Assembly: GCA_013822395.1 (NCBI GenBank)
Contig: PNKK01000010.1
Coordinates: forward strand, 4,470 to 68,469
From: Anaerolinea sp.
Lineage (GTDB): Bacteria > Chloroflexota > Limnocylindria > Limnocylindrales > CSP1-4
Reading direction: 5' to 3'
Length of the DNA: 64,000 nt
Shown here: positions 19,043 through 27,669 of the stretch, in pieces
Layout of the letters: every line of letters begins with the position of its first letter
Numbering within the stretch: position 1 is the stretch's first letter
The notes under the pieces: model-generated
Database searches by the model: none
What the model was told of the DNA's origin: nothing
What the model saw: the letters and a program-made list of their open reading frames with translations, nothing else
Made by a program: the position numbers and the translations under genes

Positions 19043-20206
19043 TCAATCGGGAGGAGCGAGACGGCGGATGACGATCAGTCCGGCAGCCAGCACGATGACG
19101 AAGATCACCACCGCGCCTCCGGCCGGGATCGAGCCTTCCGTGGAGGCTCTCGACCGGTCCGGGAGCGTGGATGTCGCCGGTGGCCGAGCTGATGACGCAC
19201 CCCGGGCCGACCCGGCGCTCGCCAACCCGGCGCCCGCGGAGAGTGAGCTTGGGGCGGGGAAGGCAGCTAATCCCAGGACTCGATCCGAGCCCTGGAGCCT
19301 GATGGACTGCCTGAGCCCGGCGGTCCGATCGAAGGCGAGCACGCGGTCAGGCGTGCCAAGGTAGACGATGCTCCCGTCGTCGCTCGCGGTGAGGATCCCC
19401 GTCGGTGTCCCCTGGTTCGCCCATACGGCGAGCGTGCGGCCGTCGGTGGCCCACAGCTCGTCTGAACCCGAGACGATGGGACCGAATGACGTTGACGTAA
19501 CGGCCGTCGGCTGCTCGGGAAGCGGCACGCTCCACAGAACGGCCGGATCGTCGAACCGGATCCGGGCGACTCGGTTCGGGGATCTCGTGACGACGAATCC
19601 CGCGCCGCCTGCGCGATCGACCGCCAGGCCAACGACCGCGCCCTTCAGGTTGAGCCTGGACACCGTCCGGGCTCCGACGTCGAGGATCGCCACCCATGCC
19701 GAACCGGATCGAGCGGCGATCGCATACGGGTCGCGTCGGTCGGCGGCCAGCAGATCCGGCGCGGCCGGCAGGCGCTCGGACTCCGAGATCGTCCCGTTCT
19801 CGAGATCCGCGAGCAGGAGTCGCGCGCGGGCCGGTCCCGCGGTGACCGCCGTCTGGCCGAGTGGGACAGCGACCGCCGCGACATTGATGGGCAGGGTGAT
19901 CGAGTCCGCGAGCTCGATCACTTCGATATCGATGCGACCGATCTGTGGCAACCCGCTCGCCAGGTAGAGCGACCGGCCGCTGTTGCTGAAGGCGGCCGCC
20001 GACGGGCTAGTGGCCACGTCCACCCGCGTGATGACCTTGCCCGAGGCGACGTGCAGCTCCAGCACTCCGCCGCTCGTGGTGGCGTACAGGTCGCCGACGG
20101 TTTCGGCGGAGGTTGGCCACGGCGCGGTGAGGGCGAGCACGACCAGGAGAAGGACGGCAGGAGCAACGGCCCGCGCACCAGAGACGCGGGGGGGCGGTGC
20201 AGTCAT
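19043..20206 (-). CDS. Secreted, C-terminally anchored beta-propeller-like protein
   Basis: Signal peptide ending PTSA/E, beta-repeat motifs (AFSNSGRSLYLAS, LAVDRAGGAGFVV, TASDDGSIVYLG), PPATST motif, C-terminal TM plus RR. Confidence 0.65.
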   Translation of the reverse strand: MTAPPPRVSGARAVAPAVLLLVVLALTAPWPTSAETVGDLYATTSGGVLELHVASGKVITRVDVATSPSAAAFSNSGRSLYLASGLPQIGRIDIEVIELADSITLPINVAAVAVPLGQTAVTAGPARARLLLADLENGTISESERLPAAPDLLAADRRDPYAIAARSGSAWVAILDVGARTVSRLNLKGAVVGLAVDRAGGAGFVVTRSPNRVARIRFDDPAVLWSVPLPEQPTAVTSTSFGPIVSGSDELWATDGRTLAVWANQGTPTGILTASDDGSIVYLGTPDRVLAFDRTAGLRQSIRLQGSDRVLGLAAFPAPSSLSAGAGLASAGSARGASSARPPATSTLPDRSRASTEGSIPAGGAVVIFVIVLAAGLIVIRRLAPPD

Positions 20207-20212
20207 GCCAGG

Positions 20213-20240
20213 GTATCGGCAGCCGGAAGGACCGGCTCAA
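20213..20240 (-). promoter_or_regulatory. Putative sigma28 promoter of the beta-propeller gene
   Basis: TTGAG-N15-GCCGATAC, 6 nt before ATG 20206; same spacing as the fliC and fliD promoters. Confidence 0.55.
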
Positions 20241-20267
20241 GTCGGCCGGCCCTTCCGAGCGCCAACG

Positions 20268-20301
20268 GTGAGGACGGCCGGGGGTGCCCGGCCGTCCTCA
20301 C
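20268..20301 (-). terminator. Stem-loop immediately after the flgE stop
   Basis: GTGAGGACGGCCGGG-ggtg-CCCGGCCGTCCTCAC, 15-bp stem; no U-tract. Confidence 0.65.
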
Positions 20302-20303
20302 GC

Positions 20304-21575
20304 TCAACGCTTGAGGTTGACGAGCTCCTGGAGCATCTCGTCAGAGGTGGTGATGACCCGGCCGTTGGCCTGGAAGCCGCGCTGGGCCGTGATCATCCCC
20401 GTGAACTGGGTGGCGAGGTCGACGTTGGACATCTCCAGGGCGCCGGTGGTGACGTTCCCGCGGTTGCCCTGGCCCGGCCGGCCTATGGACGGAGTGCCCG
20501 ACGCCGACGAGGTCTGGAAGGTGTTCTGGCCGGCGCGCAGGAGTCCGGCCGGGTTGAGGAAGCTGGCCATTGCGATCTGGCCGAGGATCTGGGTCTGGCC
20601 ATTTGAATAGACCCCGGTGATCTCGCCGCCGTTACCGACCGCGAAGGTCACCAGTGTGCCGCTGGTGAACCCATCGGCCTGGGAAACCGGCTCACTGGCG
20701 CCGCTGAACTGGGTCATCTGCAGGAAGTCCAGCTCGGGCGGTGTCGCGGCCGCGTCAAGCGCCATCGGAGAGGTGGCACCGTTGGTGAGGTCGATCGAAA
20801 GCGCCCCGGTCGGGAGCGTGGGGGTGATCGTGTCGATCAGGCCGTCACTCGTGAACGTGAGCTGACCGGTGCTCGTGCCGGCGGTGATCGCCGCCTCCGT
20901 ATCGGCTGGGTCTGTGCTGGCCGCCCAGTCCCAGACGTTGGCGGCCGTCTTGGTGAAGGTGATCTTGATCGAGTGGCTCACCCCCAGACTGTCGAACACG
21001 GTCAGCGTCGTGCTGGCCGTGGCGCCGATTGCCGAGGCGGCGTCGAGGTTGCCGCGCAGGCTGGCGTTCGACGTTGGGAGTGCCGTCGTTCGCTGCCCGA
21101 TCGGGATCGTCAGATTGCCTGGCGTGACGGTCGTATCCACCGCGCCGGCGGCATCGGCCTGCCAGCCCTGGACCTTGAGGCCACTGGCGGCGTTGACGAC
21201 CGTTCCGTCGAGCGAGATGTCGAACGACCCGTCGCGCGTGTAGTACTGCTGGATGCCATTGGCGAGGACGAAGAATCCGTCGCCCTGGATGGCCATGTCG
21301 GTGAGCTTGCCGGTCGACTGGAGGTTGCCCTGCGTCTGCAGGACGTCGATCCCGGCGACCACCATGCCCAGCCCGATCTGGGCCGGGTTGATGCTGCCCA
21401 GGCCGCCATTCGGGGAGGTGGCCCCGCGCAGGTTCTGGGACAGGATGTCCTGGAAATTGACCCGGCCGGACTTGAAGCCGACCGTGTTGACGTTGGCGAT
21501 GTTGTTGCCGATGACGTCCATCATGATCTGATGGCCACGGAGGCCCGAGATCGCGGAGAACATGGATCGAAGCAC
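20304..21575 (-). CDS. flgE: Flagellar hook protein
   Basis: MLRSMFSAISGL...MDVIGNNIANVNTVGFK, DMAIQGDGFF, YTRDG, VFDSLG, GALEMSNVDLA...AQRGFQANGRVITTSDEML. Confidence 0.97.
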   Translation of the reverse strand: MLRSMFSAISGLRGHQIMMDVIGNNIANVNTVGFKSGRVNFQDILSQNLRGATSPNGGLGSINPAQIGLGMVVAGIDVLQTQGNLQSTGKLTDMAIQGDGFFVLANGIQQYYTRDGSFDISLDGTVVNAASGLKVQGWQADAAGAVDTTVTPGNLTIPIGQRTTALPTSNASLRGNLDAASAIGATASTTLTVFDSLGVSHSIKITFTKTAANVWDWAASTDPADTEAAITAGTSTGQLTFTSDGLIDTITPTLPTGALSIDLTNGATSPMALDAAATPPELDFLQMTQFSGASEPVSQADGFTSGTLVTFAVGNGGEITGVYSNGQTQILGQIAMASFLNPAGLLRAGQNTFQTSSASGTPSIGRPGQGNRGNVTTGALEMSNVDLATQFTGMITAQRGFQANGRVITTSDEMLQELVNLKR

Positions 21576-21706
21576 GATCAGACTCCCTGTCGTAGCGAGC
21601 GGTGGCTCGCGCGTTCGAGGCCCGAGATCCGATCGCCCCCTACAGGAGGTCCGGCGAGTGGTCGGCGGCTCGAGCTGGATGGGCGACGACGGGGCTGCCG
21701 TCGTCG

Positions 21707-22090
21707 TCAGGCGATGACGACGCTGTCGATGCTCGTGAAGACGGACTCCTTTCCTACCCGTGGTTCAACGGCCGTGACGACGGTGGCCGATGGGATGTTG
21801 ACGACAAGCGCCAGGCGGTCGAGCAGCACGACGGAGTGCTGCGCTCCCCTGCGGGCTAGCGCATCGACCGCGCCGCGCAGACGCGAGAGATCCTCCGGCC
21901 CGAGATCGATGTTCCGCTGCTCCAGCCGTTGCTGGGCGTGCCGCGAGATCTGGACCGGCCGAGCGGCCATCTCCAGCTCGGCCTCGAAGCTGGCACGCCG
22001 TGCGTCGGTCGGCGTCGGTCGGCTCCTCGCCGATGGCGCCGTCCCGGCCGCCGGGCCCAGCGGGTTCGTGGATCTGATCTGGTCGACCGT
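21707..22090 (-). CDS. Flagellar operon protein (TIGR02530-like); probable ACG start
   Basis: QISRHAQQRLEQRNI...LVVNIPSATVVTAV...VFTSIDSVVI; located between flgD and flgE. The frame is open to 22090, where ACG follows AAAGGAGG by 7 nt. Confidence 0.85.
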   Translation of the reverse strand, partial: TVDQIRSTNPLGPAAGTAPSARSRPTPTDARRASFEAELEMAARPVQISRHAQQRLEQRNIDLGPEDLSRLRGAVDALARRGAQHSVVLLDRLALVVNIPSATVVTAVEPRVGKESVFTSIDSVVIA

Positions 22091-22117
22091 GGTCCTGCCT
22101 CCTTTCGATCGAGCCCG

Positions 22118-22621
22118 TCAGGCGGCCGGGCCGGCGCTGTCGGGCGAGGCTTCGACGACGCTGACGGGCGAGGCTTCGACGACGTTGACGCCGTCAGGGC
22201 TGACGGCGCGGCCATCGACCATGAGCAGCAGGCGCCCGCCCGTCTGGACCACCCGCTCCACCGCGCCCTCTACTGCGGTGCCCGCGGCGTCGACGCCCTG
22301 AATGGTCCTGCCGAGCAGGCTGGATGCCTGGGCCAGCTGGGTGTCGGCCAGCGCGGTCTTCACGGCCTGGAGCGTGTCGATCATGCTGAACTGGGCGAGC
22401 TGGCCGATGAGCTCCCTGTTGTCGACAGGTTTCGTCGGGTCCTGGTTCGCGAGCTGGGCCAGGAACAGCCTGAAGAAGTCGTCTCGGCCAAGTCCGAACG
22501 CGGCCGAGATGTCGTCCTTGGGTTTCCCGGCCAGCTGGGTGCCGGCAGTTCCATCCACCCCGGACGCGCCGCCGCTCCCGGTCAGCAGCCCCGTATCTCC
22601 TGCAAGCGCGCGAATGTCCAT
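22118..22621 (-). CDS. flgD: Flagellar hook capping protein
   Basis: LGRDDFFRLFLAQLANQDPTKPVDNRELIGQLAQFS, ASSLLGRTI. Confidence 0.95.
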   Translation of the reverse strand: MDIRALAGDTGLLTGSGGASGVDGTAGTQLAGKPKDDISAAFGLGRDDFFRLFLAQLANQDPTKPVDNRELIGQLAQFSMIDTLQAVKTALADTQLAQASSLLGRTIQGVDAAGTAVEGAVERVVQTGGRLLLMVDGRAVSPDGVNVVEASPVSVVEASPDSAGPAA

Positions 22622-22636
22622 GGCGTCTCCTTCGTG

Positions 22637-24220
22637 TCAGGCAGTGCGGTCGATCGTCCGGCCGAGCCGCGACGTTCCGGGCGGAACGTGTCCACCCTTG
22701 TCACGGCCGGCACGAGACGGCCGATCAACCATTGACGGGAGGTCGGGCACCCCCGCGGGTGGGTCGCCGTCCGGCCGTCGCCAATCGCGCCGACCCCCGA
22801 GATCCCCGGCAGTACCCGGCGGCGCATCGTGGTTCGGTCCCAGCTGGCGCCCACCGTCCGCTTCGGGCCGGATTCGAAGGTCGACGCCGGCCAGTTCGCC
22901 GGCGGCGCGGTGGCGGTCGGCAGCCAGTTGGAGGAGCTTGACGGAGACCGGGTCGTCCGCGGTGAGCACGGCCCTGATCAGCCCATCCGCACCCTGCGTC
23001 ACGGCGAGCCTCATCGAGCCGAGCGACGGATCATCGACGTCGGTGGTGAGGCTCGTTCCGCTCTCGCCGACCATCAGGCGAGCTCGGTCGATCACGCGGG
23101 TCAGAAGCCCGTCGGCATCCACGTCGGTGGCCGGGAAAGCGGCTGGAGTGGCCGCGTCGGTGGGGCGACCGACGGCTTCCGGGCGATGGCCGTCGGCAGG
23201 AACCGCCATGCTCGCCGCCGCGTCCGCTTGCCCGGCGACGGCCGTTCGCTCGGAGGACACGCCGGGCTCACGTGCCGGTTCGGCGAGGATCGGTCCCTCC
23301 CTGTGCGCGGCGGTCGGACCGGTGGCCCTCCAATCGAATGACCCTGCCTCCCCGCCCGGGCCGCGGGCGCCGCCGGACAGTCGCCCGTCCGTTGGGATGT
23401 CCGCGGATTCGATCGCCCCGGTCGTGGCCGGCACGGCCGGGGTCGCCGGGGTCGCCGCCGTTGCCGGCACGGCCGGGGTTGCCGTCGTTGCCGGCACGGC
23501 CGGGGTTGCCGCCGTCGCCGGGGTCGCCGCCGTTGCCGGCACGGCCGGTGTTGCCGTCGTTGCCGGCACGGCCGGGGTTGCCGGCGCGGCCGGGGTTGCC
23601 GGGGTTGCCGGCGCGGCCGGGGTTGCCGGGGTTGCCGGCGCGGCCGGGGTTGCCGGGGTTGCCGGCGCGGCCGGGGTTGCCGGGGTTGCCGGCACGGCCG
23701 GGGTTGCCGCCGTTGCCGGCACGGCCGGGGTTGCCGGGGTCGTCGGGGTCGTCGGGGTTGCCGGCACGGCCCGGGTCGCCGGGGTTGCCGCCGTTGCCGG
23801 CACGGCCGGGGTCGCACGCTGCGTCGGCGCGCGATCCGGGAGCATCACGTCTCCGTTGACGTCCGACTGCCCGAGCGATCCAATCGGCACGACCGCCGTT
23901 GCGATCGGCTGAACGGCGGTCGCAACCGGCGCCGCGATCGCAACTTCGGCCGGCTCGCCCGGGACACGCCGGGTGGGCTTTCCGGGCTTGGCATCTGATC
24001 CGTCGCTCGAATCGCCGCCGCTGCCGGAACTGCCGGATCCGGTGCGGGCATCGGGCTCCGCCCGCGTCGGCGCGGCACTCGCCTCGCGAGCCGCCTCGAC
24101 CGTGTCCTCGAATGTCCCGGACGGCTCGCTCGAGTCGGCCGTGGGCAAGTCCTTCAGCATCCCGCCCGTGCCGGCTTGTGGCTCGATCGACGAGAGGCGA
24201 GGCGCTCCAATGGTCAGCAT
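22637..24220 (-). CDS. fliK: Flagellar hook-length control protein, divergent
   Basis: Directly upstream of flgD; long Pro/Ala/Thr disordered region followed by a T3S4-like segment (DDPSLGSMRLAVTQGADGLIRAVLTAD). Confidence 0.72.
   Translation of the reverse strand: MLTIGAPRLSSIEPQAGTGGMLKDLPTADSSEPSGTFEDTVEAAREASAAPTRAEPDARTGSGSSGSGGDSSDGSDAKPGKPTRRVPGEPAEVAIAAPVATAVQPIATAVVPIGSLGQSDVNGDVMLPDRAPTQRATPAVPATAATPATRAVPATPTTPTTPATPAVPATAATPAVPATPATPAAPATPATPAAPATPATPAAPATPATPAAPATPAVPATTATPAVPATAATPATAATPAVPATTATPAVPATAATPATPAVPATTGAIESADIPTDGRLSGGARGPGGEAGSFDWRATGPTAAHREGPILAEPAREPGVSSERTAVAGQADAAASMAVPADGHRPEAVGRPTDAATPAAFPATDVDADGLLTRVIDRARLMVGESGTSLTTDVDDPSLGSMRLAVTQGADGLIRAVLTADDPVSVKLLQLAADRHRAAGELAGVDLRIRPEADGGRQLGPNHDAPPGTAGDLGGRRDWRRPDGDPPAGVPDLPSMVDRPSRAGRDKGGHVPPGTSRLGRTIDRTA
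23424..23812. repeat. Coding tandem repeat in fliK (9-bp PAT-type units; four exact 27-bp copies at 23581-23688)
   Basis: CCGGCGCGGCCGGGGTTGCCGGGGTTG x4, within ~390 bp of variant units. Confidence 0.95.
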
Positions 24221-24657
24221 CAGCGACCTCCGGTGATTGCGTCGCGAAGCATTGCGAGACGCCCGGTCATGAGTCGCCCGACGGCGGCGAACCGGAGCTG
24301 GGTCTCGGCCAGGGCGGCCATCTCCGACTCGAGGTCGACTCCATTGCCATCGTTCCGGATGGAACCGGCGAACATCGATGCCCCCGGCCCGTCACGCTCC
24401 GGCGGCCTGGCCGAGTCCAGGTGTCGCGGATCCGTTCGGAGCATCCCGCCCTGGATGGGCGGAGTGGACGCCCCACGGACCGGGGTTCCGTCCCGGGCAA
24501 GCTCCGCCCGGAGGACGCCCTCGAAGTCGACCGACTTCGGGCTGTACCCAGGAGTGTCGATGTTCGCGAGATTGCCGGCGACCAGCGACTCGCGCAGCGC
24601 GAGGCCGTTGAGGGCGCCCGACAGCGTTCGGTGGATCGGATCCTGCAGCCAGCTCAT
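24220..24657 (-). CDS. flgB: Flagellar basal-body rod protein FlgB
   Basis: LSGALNGLALRESLVAGNLANIDTPGY, RNDGNGVDLESEM; start ATG 24657. Confidence 0.93.
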   Translation of the reverse strand: MSWLQDPIHRTLSGALNGLALRESLVAGNLANIDTPGYSPKSVDFEGVLRAELARDGTPVRGASTPPIQGGMLRTDPRHLDSARPPERDGPGASMFAGSIRNDGNGVDLESEMAALAETQLRFAAVGRLMTGRLAMLRDAITGGR

Positions 24658-25886
24658 GGGTTGCCCTCCAGATAGCCTGCCCACGTCTTGAGGACCACGT
24701 CGATGTACCCACGCGTCGTGGGTGAGTCGGGGATCCCACCGGCGGCCCGGACGGCACCCTTGCCGGCCTGGTAGGCCGCCAGGGCGAGATCGACGCGCCC
24801 GTAGAGTTGAAGATTTCCGGCGAGGTACTTCGCACCCCCGCGCAGGTTCTGCGCGGGGTCGAACGGATCGTCGACCTGCAGGCTCCTGGCTGTGGCCGGC
24901 ATGAGCTGGGTGAGGCCCATGGCTCCGGCCGACGAGACCGCGTTCGCGCGGAAGTTCGATTCGGCGCGGACCAGCGAGGCGAGGAGGAACGGGTCGATCC
25001 CGGCCTCGGCCGCCGCGGCGCGGATCTCCTGTCCGTACGGGATGCGGCCGGCGATGCTGTCGAACCGTGCCAGCGTCGCCGCACCGTCCGGCAGGGGGTT
25101 CGGGGCCGCGGTCCCCAGCCCGGTCCCGAACGCCGCCGGCGAGTGGCTATCGGGCAATCGGCCCGCCTTGATCCAGAGAGCGGGATCCACGAGCTGGCCG
25201 TCGTGCCGCAGCTCGAAATGAAGGTGCGGACCCGTCGTCTTGCCGGTCATGCCGATCTCGCCGATCTGCTCCCCGGCCACCACCCGGTCTCCGGCACGAA
25301 CCTTGAGATCCGTGCCGAGATGGCCGTACAGCGTCTCGCTGCCGTCGTCATGGACGATCCGCACGACGACGGCGCCGTCCGCGACCGGGCCAGCGAAGGC
25401 GACTCGACCGTCCGCGGCGGCGAAGACCGGCTGTCCAACCGGTGCGGCGAGGTCCAGGCCGTCGTGGAAGTTCGCGTAGCGAACCCCGTTCACGGTGGCG
25501 GGCGGCTCGAATGCGAACTGAGATGGCCCGAACGGCTGCGTGGTCCGCGCACCGACCACGGGTGCCACGAAGCCGCCCTTGAGCTGCCCGGTAGGCCCGC
25601 CGGCCGCCGCCGTGGGCGCACCGACGGAGACCGCAGACAGGGCCGCCGCCGTGGGCGCACCGACGGAGACCGCAGACAGGGCCGCCGCGAATCCCTCCGG
25701 CGCCGTTCGGATCGGTGACAGGGGCTCCCCGTTCAGACTTGCCGACGTGCCCCAAGCGGGAATGGCCCGGCTATCGAGGACGCCGTCCAGGCTCCACAGG
25801 GTGGGGTCGATCTGCCGGACCCGGGCCTTGATCTGCTCGATCCGATCGAGCGTCAGGGCCATGGCCTCCGACATGATCGGTGTCAT
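24654..25886 (-). CDS. M23 endopeptidase - lytic transglycosylase (SLT) fusion
   Basis: M23 motifs HDGLD, YGHL, TTGPHLHFE; SLT motifs LVRAESNF, GAMGLTQLMPAT, ALAAYQAG. Confidence 0.9.
   Translation of the reverse strand: MTPIMSEAMALTLDRIEQIKARVRQIDPTLWSLDGVLDSRAIPAWGTSASLNGEPLSPIRTAPEGFAAALSAVSVGAPTAAALSAVSVGAPTAAAGGPTGQLKGGFVAPVVGARTTQPFGPSQFAFEPPATVNGVRYANFHDGLDLAAPVGQPVFAAADGRVAFAGPVADGAVVVRIVHDDGSETLYGHLGTDLKVRAGDRVVAGEQIGEIGMTGKTTGPHLHFELRHDGQLVDPALWIKAGRLPDSHSPAAFGTGLGTAAPNPLPDGAATLARFDSIAGRIPYGQEIRAAAAEAGIDPFLLASLVRAESNFRANAVSSAGAMGLTQLMPATARSLQVDDPFDPAQNLRGGAKYLAGNLQLYGRVDLALAAYQAGKGAVRAAGGIPDSPTTRGYIDVVLKTWAGYLEGNP
25603..25686. repeat. 39-bp in-frame tandem duplication (AAALSAVSVGAPT x2)
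   Basis: GCCGCCGCCGTGGGCGCACCGACGGAGACCGCAGACAGG occurs twice. Confidence 0.9.
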
Positions 25887-26341
25887 CGGTCCGACTCCAT
25901 GACCGCCAGCCAGACGTGACGCGTCGTCGCCAGGTCGTTCGCGGCGGCCTGCTCGCGTCGGTCGGCCGCCAGGTGCTCCTCGGCGAGGATCCGGTCGCGC
26001 AGCCGCTCCACGGCCTCCCGTCGCCGGCTGGCATCGGCGAGCCGCCCACGGCGATCCAGCAGGACGCGGGCGGCCGATTCCACCGCACTCTCGGCGGCTT
26101 CGCGCCGCTCTTCGGCCAGAACCAGCGTTCGTGCGGCGGCGATGAGCCGGTCCGCCGAGCCGCCGTCGAGCTGGACTTCGGCCAGGATGGTCGACCGCTC
26201 GGCGAGCCGTTCCGTCGCTTCGTCGCAGGTTCTGACGGCCACTCGGTGCGCATCGAGCGCGGTGGCCAGATGTGCACGGGCTGCCTCCTCCTCCAGCTCC
26301 CGCAGGCGCAGGACGACGCCCAGCCGAACGTGCCGGTTCAT
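25883..26341 (-). CDS. fliJ: Flagellar export protein FliJ
   Basis: Coiled coil with LGVVLRLRELEEEAAR and RRREAVERLRDR; follows fliI. Confidence 0.85.
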   Translation of the reverse strand: MNRHVRLGVVLRLRELEEEAARAHLATALDAHRVAVRTCDEATERLAERSTILAEVQLDGGSADRLIAAARTLVLAEERREAAESAVESAARVLLDRRGRLADASRRREAVERLRDRILAEEHLAADRREQAAANDLATTRHVWLAVMESDR

Positions 26342-27669
26342 GCGGCGACTCCGGCGCGGGCCGTGTCGAGGCCGATCGCCGTCAACGCGCCCAGCGCAGT
26401 CTCGAGCGTGCCGGTCTCGTCGGGCGTCTGGCGGAGGTACGCCTCGATGGCCGGACGGAGCGTGATCGCGGTATCGATCGCACGACTGGAGCCAGGCGCG
26501 TAGGCCCCGACTTCAATGAGATCCCGAGCGTTCTCATACTCGGCCAGGGAAGCGCGCAGGATGCTGGCGAGCTTGAGGTGCTCCGGCTCCACCAGGGTCG
26601 GCATGACCCGCGAGACGGAGGAGAGAATGTCGATCGCGGGATAGTGGTTGCGCTCGGCGAGCGAGCGTGACAGGACGACGTGGCCGTCGAGGATGGAGCG
26701 GACGGTGTCGGCGATCGGCTCGTTCATGTCATCACCCTCCACCAGCACGGTGTAGAAGCCCGTGATCGTCCCGGCCTCGCCGCTGCCGGTCCGCTCCAGG
26801 AGCCTCGGCAGGTAGGAGAAGACCGACGGGGGGTAGCCGCGCAGGGCAGGCGGCTCGCCCGCCCCGAGGCCGATCTCGCGCTGGGCCATGGCGAGGCGGG
26901 TGACCGAGTCCATCAGGAAGAGGACGTGGTGGCCCTTGTCGCGGAATTCCTCGGCGATCGTCGTCGCCACCTCGGCCGCCTTCATCCGCAGCAGGGCGGG
27001 TTGATCGGAGGTCGCCACGATCACGACCGAGCGAGCCAGGCTCTGCTGCCCGAGCTGCTCTTCGACGAACTCGCGGACCTCACGGCCCCGCTCGCCGATC
27101 AGCGCGATGACGTTGACGTCCGAGGCCGCGTTCCGGGCGATCATGGCCAGGAGCGTGGACTTGCCCACGCCCGAGCCGGCGAAGATCCCCAGGCGCTGGC
27201 CTCGGCCCGCGGTCAGGAGCCCGTCGATCGCCCGCACCCCGGTCGCCAGCGGTTCCAGGACGCGAGCCCGGTCCAGCGGGGCGGGAGACCCGGATGCCAC
27301 GACGCGTTGCCTCGCGACCAACCTCCCCTTGCCGTCCATGGGTCGTCCGAATCCGTCGAGGACCCGACCGAGCACACCCGGCCCGACCGGCGCGTGAAAC
27401 TGCTCCTCCCGGATCCGCACGCGTGAGCCGGGGCGGATTCCGGACAGTCCGCCGAACGGCACCAGGCTGATGCGGCCGTCTCGGAAGCCCACGACCTCGG
27501 CGCTCACGCTCCGCGTGGAATCGATGTCGATCCAGCAGGTCGACCCGACCTGGACGACGAGCCCGGCGGCCTCGATCGTCGTTCCCACGACCCGGACAAC
27601 CTCACCGTGGGGGCGCAGCAGCGTGGCTCGCCCCACGGCGTCGATGAGCGCCGAGCGCGTGTCGCTCAT
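26338..27669 (-). CDS. fliI: Flagellar export ATPase
   Basis: GIFAGSGVGKSTL, IGERGREVREF, LMDSVTR, GEPPALRGYPPS, DGHVVLSR. Confidence 0.97.
   Translation of the reverse strand: MSDTRSALIDAVGRATLLRPHGEVVRVVGTTIEAAGLVVQVGSTCWIDIDSTRSVSAEVVGFRDGRISLVPFGGLSGIRPGSRVRIREEQFHAPVGPGVLGRVLDGFGRPMDGKGRLVARQRVVASGSPAPLDRARVLEPLATGVRAIDGLLTAGRGQRLGIFAGSGVGKSTLLAMIARNAASDVNVIALIGERGREVREFVEEQLGQQSLARSVVIVATSDQPALLRMKAAEVATTIAEEFRDKGHHVLFLMDSVTRLAMAQREIGLGAGEPPALRGYPPSVFSYLPRLLERTGSGEAGTITGFYTVLVEGDDMNEPIADTVRSILDGHVVLSRSLAERNHYPAIDILSSVSRVMPTLVEPEHLKLASILRASLAEYENARDLIEVGAYAPGSSRAIDTAITLRPAIEAYLRQTPDETGTLETALGALTAIGLDTARAGVAA

Noticed and set aside
23424-23812. Repeat array as a possible CRISPR
   Set aside because: No unique spacers, in-frame coding units and no cas genes.
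22302-23912. 536-aa plus-strand ORF with GVAGTA repeats resembling a collagen- or silk-like protein
   Set aside because: It is the antisense reading of the fliK repeat; the minus-strand ORF is coupled to flgB and fits the operon.
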